Source of the DNA: Anaerolineales bacterium
GTDB lineage: Bacteria; Chloroflexota; Anaerolineae; Anaerolineales; UBA4823
Reading direction: 5' to 3'
NCBI GenBank assembly: GCA_025057645.1
Contig: JANXBJ010000006.1
Coordinates: 8,142 to 72,141 of the forward strand
DNA: 64,000 nt
Shown in pieces: positions 56,815 through 64,000 of the stretch. Each line of letters begins with the position of its first letter. Position 1 is the stretch's first letter. Below the pieces are notes generated by a model. It was given only the letters and a program-made list of their open reading frames with translations, ran no database searches and had not been told where the DNA came from. Made by a program: the position numbers and the translations under genes.

Positions 56815-58974
56815 ATGCCGGAGGACGCAGAACGTTTTCAGAAAATCCTCGATCAGGCTCACTCCTTAGCTTGGGAAGGGGAATGGGAACAAGCAGTTGC
56901 GCTTTATCAGAAAGCAATTCAACTTGATCCAAAGCAACCCAGTGCCTGGCTTGGGTTGGGGTATGCTTACCTTGAACTGGGCAATTTGTCTGAAGCCTTT
57001 CGTGCTTATCAGCAGGCCTCTCAGCTTCAGCCTCAGGACCCCATCCCGCTGGAAAAATTAGCCCGGGTGGCGGCGCGCCTCGGACACACCGACCAAGCTG
57101 CAAGATTTGCGCTTTTAGCGGCCGAAATCTTCCTAAGGAATCGCGAAGTACAAAAAGCGATCGCAAATTGGAGCTTTGTGACTAAATGCAAACCCGAGGA
57201 AGCAAGAGCACGACTATATCTGGCAAAAGTGTACGAGAAAGGCGGCCAAATTGCAGAAGCCATTCGGGAGTATCTGGCCCTGGCCGCAATCTATCAAGCG
57301 AATCAACAAGCTGACCAAGCCCTTCAGCTGCTGACGAATCTGCACCAAGCTTATCCCACACGCCAAGAAGTTCAACAAGCAATTGAGAAAGTTCAAAGGG
57401 GAGAAACCCTCCTTCTACCGCAGGACAACAGCCTTGCGGAAGGCGAGGAAATCTTTCCAAGGCAGACCAACAGGACTAAGGTTTCAAGCGAAAAAAGCGG
57501 CGCCGATCCAATTACCGAAGCCCATCAACTTGCCCTCCAAGAGCTGGCATCGCTCGTTTTCGAACTTGATGCAGAGAATGCCCCACAGACTCGGAGCAAC
57601 CGTTCCTCCTGGCTCGGCGGGGGGAAAGGCTTCTTTGCAAAGTCAAGCGATCCCACAAAAATTGCCAAGCACCTCGGAGCTTTTTTGACATATGCAAAAA
57701 CGGGAGAGAACGAACTTGCGATCGACGAGTTAGAGAAAGCGATTCAAGCTGGCTTGAAACATGCCGGCGCCGATTTTGAATTGGGGTACCACTTGTATCG
57801 CAAGAACGAGGAGGCGATCAAAGCCTTACAGAGAGCCACTAAAAACCCTACCTATAGTTTGGCGGCCACCCTGTTGATAGGCTGTAGTTATTCTTACCTC
57901 CAACGGAAGCGGGAAGCGGCAACAGCATTCTTGAACGCCTTACGCATTGCCGATGTAAGCACGCTAAGGGGAATTCAAGCAGCCGAAGTAGAGCGTATGT
58001 ATGGCCCGATCAGCGAGGCCATCCTCTCCCAACCAAACGAGGCCCTATACGATAAAGTGATCGAAGGGGTGCAGGATCTACTCTTGCGGACCAACTGGCG
58101 AGCTCATGTTGAAGCCACCCGGCAGCAACTGAACCCCCGAGGCGCTTCTGGAATAGGCGAGCTCCGCCCTCTAGGGGAAGTGTTCACCCACACCGGCGGT
58201 TACAAGCTGATCGAAGCCATGGCATCCATCAAAGCGCTTGCCGAAGCGGGACACTTACGCTCCGCAATGGAGGAGGCTTATTACGCCCTAGACTTTATGC
58301 CGAATTACCTGCCTTTGCACATCGTGATGGGGGAACTGCTTGTTCGTATGGGCCTCACCGAAGAGGCGTTTATGAAATTTTATTCCGTAGCCCGCTCCTA
58401 TGAAATCCGAGGAGAGCTCGACCAGGCAATTCATTACTACCGTCACGCTACAGAGATCTCTCCGATGAATACCACTGCACGCCAGAAGCTAATCCAACTG
58501 CTGGTCGAAAGTAACCAACCTAAAGAGGCGATTCAGGAGTATATTCACTTGGGGGAAGTCTACTACAACCTAGCGGACCTTCAACACGCACGAGAAACCT
58601 ACCTCGAAGCGTATCAACTAGCACAAGATCTGCGGTTGGAAAAGCAGTGGGCAGTGATGATTCTCCACCTTGTTGGAGACCTCGATCGCCAAAGCCTCGA
58701 GTGGCGTCAGGCCCTCTCTATTTACGAGCGGATCCGCGAGATTGATCCCGCAGACGAGCAAACACGGCTGCAATTGGTCGACTTAAATCTGCGATTACAA
58801 AGAGAGCCTCAGGCCATTCAAGAGCTAGATGCCTATCTAAACTATCTTGTACAGAAAAGAGAATTAGGCCGAGCCCAGCATTTCTTGGAAAAACTCCTAG
58901 CGGAGTACCCAAACTGGAGTGTGCTCAGACGCCGCTTAGAGAGTTTACAAGCTCCGCCTCGCCACCTCCGCTAG
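56815..58974 (+). CDS. TPR-repeat protein
   Basis: 719 aa with many 34-aa A/L/Y-rich repeats (W..LG.AY...G....A...Y..A). GAGGAG Shine-Dalgarno. Confidence 0.8.
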   Translation: MPEDAERFQKILDQAHSLAWEGEWEQAVALYQKAIQLDPKQPSAWLGLGYAYLELGNLSEAFRAYQQASQLQPQDPIPLEKLARVAARLGHTDQAARFALLAAEIFLRNREVQKAIANWSFVTKCKPEEARARLYLAKVYEKGGQIAEAIREYLALAAIYQANQQADQALQLLTNLHQAYPTRQEVQQAIEKVQRGETLLLPQDNSLAEGEEIFPRQTNRTKVSSEKSGADPITEAHQLALQELASLVFELDAENAPQTRSNRSSWLGGGKGFFAKSSDPTKIAKHLGAFLTYAKTGENELAIDELEKAIQAGLKHAGADFELGYHLYRKNEEAIKALQRATKNPTYSLAATLLIGCSYSYLQRKREAATAFLNALRIADVSTLRGIQAAEVERMYGPISEAILSQPNEALYDKVIEGVQDLLLRTNWRAHVEATRQQLNPRGASGIGELRPLGEVFTHTGGYKLIEAMASIKALAEAGHLRSAMEEAYYALDFMPNYLPLHIVMGELLVRMGLTEEAFMKFYSVARSYEIRGELDQAIHYYRHATEISPMNTTARQKLIQLLVESNQPKEAIQEYIHLGEVYYNLADLQHARETYLEAYQLAQDLRLEKQWAVMILHLVGDLDRQSLEWRQALSIYERIREIDPADEQTRLQLVDLNLRLQREPQAIQELDAYLNYLVQKRELGRAQHFLEKLLAEYPNWSVLRRRLESLQAPPRHLR

Positions 58975-58975
58975 C

Positions 58976-59959
58976 TTACTTCCAAATGCGGAAAGACGTT
59001 TCACTGCTGGCCTGAAGGTCGCCATATAGAGCATGGACGCGAACGACGGCGATACCAGGCTGCGTTGACTGATAGGGAAAATCGAAGCGGGCGATTCCAC
59101 TGGCATCCGAAAGTCTCGGACCGGGAGGATAGGCTTCCAGCCCATCCGGGAGAAAAATGCGCACACTGACTTGGGCGTCCGCCACAGGACGCTCGTTCTG
59201 ATCCTGAACGATCACATAAATCGACTGGGTTTCTATTAGGGAAGCCACCGGTTTCAGCGGAAAAGCGCGAACACGTATTGAGCGGATGAGTTGAGGGGCG
59301 TTGTTCTCCGCTGACAAGGCCGCAAGCAAGCGCTGATCCTCTTGAACCAGAGAGAAATATCGCCTACCGAGAGGGGATACACGCACCGGAGAGGCAGCGG
59401 ACCCAGCTCCCCCCCATTCAATGCGCAGCAATTGAAAATATTGGACAATCAAGCCATCCTGAAGCACAACTTCAGAGATCGGATATCCAAAAATTCGCAC
59501 CCCACCGTTTCGCTCAAAGAAATCCAGAAAGTCATAACAAACTGAAAAGCCCGTTTCAGGAAAGGATTGACAGCGGCCTAGCGGATAGGGGATTTCGAGC
59601 TCGGTTGCCGGCTGTTGGTGAAGGAAAATTTGTCCTAGCGGCGTGACTCGCACTCGCAATTCCGGAGGATTCTCGGGATAAAACTCGAAGCGCGTATTCT
59701 CGAAGTATTGGACGATTCGCTGTGCTTCCTTAGAGTAAAAGGGCTCGGTAATAGGCAGACCGTAGATCAGTTCTGGATTCTCGGCTTGAAGATACCTTCT
59801 TAGGAAGTCTCCGCTGACCGAGTGGCCAGTTTCGGGGTAAAAACGAGGCTCAAAATTGCTTGGCGGTCTATTCTCCTGTTGCGGAGATCGGACAAGCAGC
59901 ACAATCCCCCCCAGCAGCAAGCTTAGTCCAACGAGTCCTGCCAAAAATCTTTTCATCAT
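58976..59959 (-). CDS. Membrane-anchored secreted protein with two FPETG-x-S repeats and a C-terminal Ig-like domain
   Basis: N-terminal TM. Tandem ~80-aa modules (FYPETGHSVSGDFL...IVQYFENTRFE...VTPLG and SFPETGFSVCYDFL...IVQYFQLLRIE...VSPLG). Confidence 0.65.
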   Translation of the reverse strand: MMKRFLAGLVGLSLLLGGIVLLVRSPQQENRPPSNFEPRFYPETGHSVSGDFLRRYLQAENPELIYGLPITEPFYSKEAQRIVQYFENTRFEFYPENPPELRVRVTPLGQIFLHQQPATELEIPYPLGRCQSFPETGFSVCYDFLDFFERNGGVRIFGYPISEVVLQDGLIVQYFQLLRIEWGGAGSAASPVRVSPLGRRYFSLVQEDQRLLAALSAENNAPQLIRSIRVRAFPLKPVASLIETQSIYVIVQDQNERPVADAQVSVRIFLPDGLEAYPPGPRLSDASGIARFDFPYQSTQPGIAVVRVHALYGDLQASSETSFRIWK

Positions 59960-59965
59960 ATGTAC

Positions 59966-59994
59966 ATTCTATACAATATTTTGTGAAAATACAA
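59966..59994 (-). promoter_or_regulatory. Sigma70-type promoter (-35 TTGTAT, 17-nt spacer, -10 TAGAAT), 6 nt from the ATG (leaderless-type)
   Basis: Minus strand reads TTGTAT-N17-TAGAAT-gtacat-ATGATG. Confidence 0.5.
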
Positions 59995-60235
59995 TAGGAT
60001 ACAGTGTTACGAGTTTCTTAAGTAAGATCGTAAAGAAGAGCCGGTTTGCGAGAGCAAGTTGGGACTGAAACGGCTAGAGACCCTCTGGCGAGTCCCCGCT
60101 GTTTTCGCAACCTTGACCTTAGGGGTCAAAAGGTATTGCTTCGTCTTGAGAATACCCCAAGCCTGCCCACTAAAATGCTCTACTTACCGCCCATCCACCA
60201 AGAAAAGCAGCGAGGGACGCAAAGCTGAATGCTTG

Positions 60236-60309
60236 TGACCCGTGCAGGACTCGAACCTGCAACCAACTGATTAAGAGTCAGCTGCTCTACCGGCTTGAGC
60301 TAACGGGCC
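60236..60309 (-). tRNA. tRNA-Lys (anticodon CUU)
   Basis: Hand-folded 74-nt cloverleaf: acceptor GGCCCGT/ACGGGTC, D-arm GCTC/GAGC, anticodon loop CT-CTT-AA, T-arm GCAGG-TTCGAGT-CCTGC. CCA is not encoded. Confidence 0.9.
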
Positions 60310-60393
60310 AAGGCTGACTAAATTATACCGCGTTGCTTGATTTTGTCAAATCTTCATTGACGACTCTTCGCTTCTTTGCTATCCTTAGTCAAA

Positions 60394-61407
60394 ATGGATT
60401 TGCAACGCATCACTCCAACTTCCATCAAGGGTATCCGAGTTGGGCATGCTCAGGACGAAGAAGCGCTGACCGGCTGCACCGTGATCCTATGCGAGCAAGG
60501 CGCAGTGGGAGGAGTAGATCAACGCGGTGGAGCACCTGGGACGCGCGAGACTGACGCCCTTCACCTCGCTCATCTGGTTGAGGTAGTTCACGCCGTTGTC
60601 CTCGCTGGTGGTTCCGCCTTCGGTTTAGATGCTGCCAGTGGGGTGGTTCGCTACTTGGAAGAACGAGGAGTCGGGTTCGATACGGGCGTAACCAAAGTTC
60701 CGATCGTCCCTGCAGCGATTCTTTTCGATCTCAACCTCGGCAATCCAAAAATCCGCCCGGACGCCGAAATGGGATATCAGGCTTGTCTGAACGCCTCAAC
60801 CGATCCGCCTGCCGAAGGGAACGTCGGTGCCGGCATGGGCGCAACAGTCGGGAAAATTTTGGGGATCGGGCAAGCAATGAAAGGCGGCATCGGTTGTGCC
60901 GGGCTGCACATTGGAGGTGGAGTCCTGGTCACGGCTATTGCGGCCGTCAACGCCTTCGGCGATATCGTTGATCCTTATAGCGGGGAAATTATCGCCGGCG
61001 CTCGCAGCCTACAAAAAGGGCCAATCAAAATTGGGTCTAAGGACTACTTCGCTGATACTTTAGAAGTTATGAAGAGCCTTGTTGGGCGCACAGCGCTGGC
61101 GTTTGCGAGCCGCGGGCACACGGTCATAGGATGTGTCGCCACCAATGCACGCTTATCCAAGGAGCAAGTCACCAAAGTTGCTCAGATGGCTCAAGATGGC
61201 GTTGCTCGAGCAGTTCGGCCAGCCCACACTATGCTCGATGGAGACACAATCTTCGCCCTCGCCACGGGGGAGAAGAAGGCCGACGTCAATATTGTGGGTG
61301 CTTTTGCCGCAGAAGTCTTCGCTCAAGCTATTGTCCGAGGCGTACGCCAGGCGACACCTATCGCAGGGTTACCTGCTTGCTCATCAACTGGGAGGAAAGA
61401 TAAATAA
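60394..61407 (+). CDS. Peptidase S58 (DmpA / L-aminopeptidase-D-esterase) family protein
   Basis: GIRVGHAQD..ALTGCTVIL, GGAPGTRETD, and GGSAFGLDAA motifs. ATG at 60394 (the ORF opens at TTG 60376). Confidence 0.8.
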   Translation: MDLQRITPTSIKGIRVGHAQDEEALTGCTVILCEQGAVGGVDQRGGAPGTRETDALHLAHLVEVVHAVVLAGGSAFGLDAASGVVRYLEERGVGFDTGVTKVPIVPAAILFDLNLGNPKIRPDAEMGYQACLNASTDPPAEGNVGAGMGATVGKILGIGQAMKGGIGCAGLHIGGGVLVTAIAAVNAFGDIVDPYSGEIIAGARSLQKGPIKIGSKDYFADTLEVMKSLVGRTALAFASRGHTVIGCVATNARLSKEQVTKVAQMAQDGVARAVRPAHTMLDGDTIFALATGEKKADVNIVGAFAAEVFAQAIVRGVRQATPIAGLPACSSTGRKDK

Positions 61408-61427
61408 CCGAGGAGAGGATCGAGAGA

Positions 61428-62441
61428 ATGAGTGGTGAAACCATCTTAATCGTAGAGGACAACCAAGCGCTCCGAGAGGGCCTTCGAGAGATGCTCTCAC
61501 TCGAAGGATACCACGTTCTTTGCGCAGCTAACGGCAAAGAAGCCCTTGCAGAAATGGCAACGTTTCATCCGGACTTAATCCTTTCCGACATTGCCATGCC
61601 GGAAATGGATGGCTTCGAGTTTCTGCGCGCAGTTCGCTCCCGTCCTGAATGGGTAACCATTCCGTTTCTGATCCTCACCGCTCGGGGTGAGAAAGACGAT
61701 GTCCTGATCGGCAAAAGCCTCGGTGCTGAAGATTATCTAGTCAAACCGCTCACCCGCCAAGAATTGCTCACCGCCATTCACGCTCGTCTGAGTCGTGCCC
61801 AAGAGATCAAACTGGCCCAATTACACAAGGCCTACGAAGATAGCCTTACTGCCCTTGCGAATGCTATTGATGTGCGCGACCCCTACACTCGAGGTCATGT
61901 AGAAAGGGTAACTGCCTACTCCCAAGTTTTGGCGCAAGAGATGGGTTGTCCCGAGGCTCTCATCGAACAAATCCGTTTTGGTGCAATTCTGCACGACATC
62001 GGCAAAATTGTTATCCAAGACGAAGTGTTGCTCAAATCCAGCCCCCTAACGCAGGATGAATGGGAAAAGATGAAGCGCCACCCTATTACCGGCGCAGAGA
62101 TGATTAAGGATATTGCTTACCTTGCTGCAGCTGCTCCCATTATCCGACACCATCATGAGCGCTGGGATGGCACGGGCTATCCAGATGGGCTGAAAGGCGA
62201 AGAAATCCCCCTTGGAGCACGCATTGTTGCTGTGGCGGATTCCTTCGACGCTGTGAGCATCGACCGCCCATATCGGAATGGTCTTGCTCTCCTTGAAGCT
62301 TACCAGGAGATCCTAAAATGCAGCGGCACCCACTTTGATCCTCAAGTGGTAAAAGCCTTTCAGCGCGCTTGGGAGCAGAACAAAATCCAACAAATCTACT
62401 CTTCCACAATCACCAAAGTCCCCTCCTTCGACTCCACATAA
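61428..62441 (+). CDS. Response regulator with an HD-GYP domain (c-di-GMP phosphodiesterase type)
   Basis: Receiver with the LSDIAMP acceptor Asp. HD (ILHDIGK) and HHERWDGTGYP motifs. Confidence 0.9.
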   Translation: MSGETILIVEDNQALREGLREMLSLEGYHVLCAANGKEALAEMATFHPDLILSDIAMPEMDGFEFLRAVRSRPEWVTIPFLILTARGEKDDVLIGKSLGAEDYLVKPLTRQELLTAIHARLSRAQEIKLAQLHKAYEDSLTALANAIDVRDPYTRGHVERVTAYSQVLAQEMGCPEALIEQIRFGAILHDIGKIVIQDEVLLKSSPLTQDEWEKMKRHPITGAEMIKDIAYLAAAAPIIRHHHERWDGTGYPDGLKGEEIPLGARIVAVADSFDAVSIDRPYRNGLALLEAYQEILKCSGTHFDPQVVKAFQRAWEQNKIQQIYSSTITKVPSFDST

Positions 62442-63394
62442 TTGCTCCCGGGAGGGACGACCGGAAGAGTCCAGCGATAAATCCATTTCGAGGCCGCCGG
62501 CGTCAGGTTAATGCATCCATGACTGCGCGGTCGCCCATAATCATTATGCCAATAGGTGCCGTGAAGGGAAACCCCTGTCCATGAAATAAAACAAACCCAA
62601 GGAACTCCCGGCAGGTCGAAGCCGTTCCCTCTTTCCTCATTAGCTGCCATGTGGCGCGAGGGTTGTTTGCGCTCCACGCGAAACTCGCCCAGCGGGGTAT
62701 CGCCCGCAAACGCTCCTGTGGAACAGCGCGCTGTAAGGATCACCCGTCCGTTCTCATACGCGTACACTTTTTGTTCCCCTAGCTTAACCAGGATACGCTT
62801 GTCCACCACTGCGGTGCGAATAGGGGTGACCTCCTCCTCTCTCACCGGACGCAGGTGCGTGGCATCGATATAGTGATACCCCCCAAATAGATCGTCGACG
62901 ATTTCATACCAAGGGTTGCCGAATAGATCGGCTGTCAAAGAAGTCACCCAATGCGTACTTCCATAGTAGTATCTATAACTTCGTTTGAGCTGATCTCCTC
63001 TCCAAGTCCAGGCTTGAGTGAAGGGCACACAGATTTCCCCGAGGAACCCGCCGTGCGGCACAGCGCTCACAGGAACAGCAGGTTCATTGCGCACAAATTG
63101 CACCGAAGAGGAGTGAACCCAGCCTTGATCGGTTCGCAACCAAATGGGGTTGTGGCGCGGTTCAGGATCGCCGACACGGCTTTCATAGATGTTGACCACT
63201 GTATCAGTCACATAGTATCCCAACTCAACCCCGCTCAGGCTCGGCCGATCATAATAACGCAGAGAACTCACCGTCCTTCCGAGCAAAAGCGGTTTCTCCC
63301 CTAAGGCGGCTAGTGGTCGAAACCGCCTCTGACCTACAAAAGCCAAAGAAAACAAACTAGCCAAGCCCAACTTTAGGAATTCACGCCGATTCAC
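62396..63394 (-). CDS. L,D-transpeptidase (YkuD) with a Tat-type signal
   Basis: NRREFLKLG twin-arginine signal and the SHGCINL catalytic motif. GTG start after GAGGTGA. Confidence 0.85.
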   Translation of the reverse strand: MNRREFLKLGLASLFSLAFVGQRRFRPLAALGEKPLLLGRTVSSLRYYDRPSLSGVELGYYVTDTVVNIYESRVGDPEPRHNPIWLRTDQGWVHSSSVQFVRNEPAVPVSAVPHGGFLGEICVPFTQAWTWRGDQLKRSYRYYYGSTHWVTSLTADLFGNPWYEIVDDLFGGYHYIDATHLRPVREEEVTPIRTAVVDKRILVKLGEQKVYAYENGRVILTARCSTGAFAGDTPLGEFRVERKQPSRHMAANEERGNGFDLPGVPWVCFISWTGVSLHGTYWHNDYGRPRSHGCINLTPAASKWIYRWTLPVVPPGSNYVESKEGTLVIVEE

Positions 63395-63430
63395 TCTGGA
63401 TCACCTCTAAAAGCTTTTCACGGCCTGAAG

Positions 63431-63436
63431 ATTATA
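63431..63436 (-). promoter_or_regulatory. -10 box TATAAT for the L,D-transpeptidase gene, flanked by a 10-bp inverted repeat
   Basis: Reverse complement of attata. AAAGCTTTTC (63410-63419) and GAAAAGCTTT (63451-63460) bracket it. Confidence 0.4.
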
Positions 63437-63603
63437 CCAAGCTTCTCAGAGAAAAGCTTTATTGGGCGAACTACGAATTGGACTTGCCAACTCTCGCACA
63501 ACCCCGCCCCCCTTACTGCTCGAGGTTTTTCTCACTCGTTCTGTATCAGGGCACAAAACAAAACCAAAACGCCTTCTCCATCCTCTTACAAGCCTCCGAG
63601 AAA

Positions 63604-63708
63604 TTATCCCGCTAGGCCCTCGTAATACATCATCTCTGCCCATTCGTCCTCACTCATCGTACAGCACTCGCGCTCATCTTGCAACTCTTGTCCTTCCGGT
63701 TGGAGCAT
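63604..63708 (-). CDS. Candidate 34-aa acidic small protein (MLQPEGQELQDERECCTMSEDEWAEMMYYEGLAG)
   Basis: Hand-translated ORF with a GGAGGAG Shine-Dalgarno ending 2 nt (GGAGG core 4 nt) before the ATG. It lies downstream of a -10 box and LexA-type box. No homology evidence. Confidence 0.35.
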   Translation of the reverse strand: MLQPEGQELQDERECCTMSEDEWAEMMYYEGLAG

Positions 63709-63751
63709 GTCTCCTCCAGTTCTACAAAGGCTTTCGCAACAACTATTCTCC

Positions 63752-63765
63752 AGAACGCACGTTCT
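63752..63765. promoter_or_regulatory. LexA/Cheo-type SOS box AGAAC-GCAC-GTTCT
   Basis: Perfect GAAC-N4-GTTC palindrome directly abutting a minus-strand TAAAAT -10 element (63766-63771). Confidence 0.5.
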
Positions 63766-63834
63766 ATTTTAGCCGGATTCTCTCTCAGATAGGGGTTAAT
63801 TTTGGGGGAAATGAATTTATAATACCCTTAACCC

Positions 63835-64000
63835 ATGCCGAGCTTAAGTTCATCTGCCGAGCACACCCCCTCGAAGTTCAAACGCTTTGTTCTTGGCCTC
63901 CTATTGCTCATCCTTCTCCTCTACTGGGACCTTCTACTTGGGGCAATCCGGGGTTTGATCCTTCTACTGCGCCTTCCTTATCAGGACACTCCGGTTCTGA
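63835..64000 (+). CDS. Partial CDS (5' end) of a membrane protein
   Basis: The frame is open from ATG 63835 to the window edge. Hydrophobic segment FVLGLLLLILLLYWDLLLGAI. TATAAT at 63817-63822. Confidence 0.35.
   Translation, partial: MPSLSSSAEHTPSKFKRFVLGLLLLILLLYWDLLLGAIRGLILLLRLPYQDTPVL

Noticed and set aside
59960-60010. AT-rich segment with TGTATA as a possible dif/Xer site.
   Set aside because: The flanking arms match known dif half-sites poorly (about 3 of 10 and 5 of 11). The sequence is better explained as the -35/-10 promoter of the adjacent gene.
60236-60309. tRNA-Lys as an integration hotspot marking a genomic island.
   Set aside because: There is no integrase, no direct repeat of the tRNA 3' end, and no phage or mobile genes on either side.
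63446-63643. 65-aa minus-strand ORF from the track (MGRDDVLRGPSG...).
   Set aside because: It is Arg/Gly-rich, has no ribosome-binding site, and overlaps the better-supported small ORF and the transpeptidase promoter region.
1-64000. Scan for CRISPR arrays, IS elements or transposases, rRNA, tmRNA, RNase P RNA, SRP RNA, toxin-antitoxin pairs and known defence systems.
   Set aside because: None was recognisable by eye. The only recombinase-like gene (20447-21397) lacks catalytic residues and mobile-element context.

Overview
This is a dense 64-kb chromosomal segment with about 55 protein genes, one tRNA, and no rRNA, CRISPR array, transposase or obvious prophage. GC is roughly 50-55% by eye and looks higher across about 39-48 kb. 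Gene content (FPETG-repeat secreted proteins, a tail-anchored Ser/Thr kinase next to an FHA-wHTH regulator, short YidC, many TAnAAT-N6/7-ATG starts) suggests a Chloroflexota-like genome; this is inference only.

Most genes are housekeeping:
- Protein quality control and biogenesis: Lon, CtpA, the rpmH-rnpA-yidD-yidC-jag cluster, two Hsp20 genes and a CbpA-type J-protein.
- DNA and tRNA functions: FolC, TilS, MutL, PolA, CobB.
- Other: arsR-arsM and several sensory proteins.

All family calls come from motifs read in the ORF translations. No database search was possible.

Observations most worth follow-up:
1. A GAAC-N4-GTTC (LexA/Cheo-type) box abuts a -10 element in front of an unannotated 34-codon acidic ORF at 63.6-63.8 kb.
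2. A kinase-less, glycosidase-less sugar locus lies at 40.2-47.8 kb. It holds a DHDPS-like aldolase, an OYE flavoenzyme, ThuA, a Gfo/Idh/MocA oxidoreductase, a GPH symporter and an unrecognised 674-aa protein. It is translationally coupled to a leaderless cbpA-like gene.
3. A structured intergenic element at 940-1092 has a minus-strand intrinsic terminator, competing GTAAAC/GTTTAC pairings and a perfect 12-bp stem.
4. A membrane-anchored GH3/NagZ-like protein has substituted catalytic motifs and sits beside a sensor-less tail-anchored Ser/Thr kinase.
5. Three proteins look degenerate or disrupted: a tyrosine-recombinase-fold protein without the nucleophile Tyr, a receiver-ParA-like protein without the P-loop Lys, and a frameshifted CrtI-like oxidoreductase.
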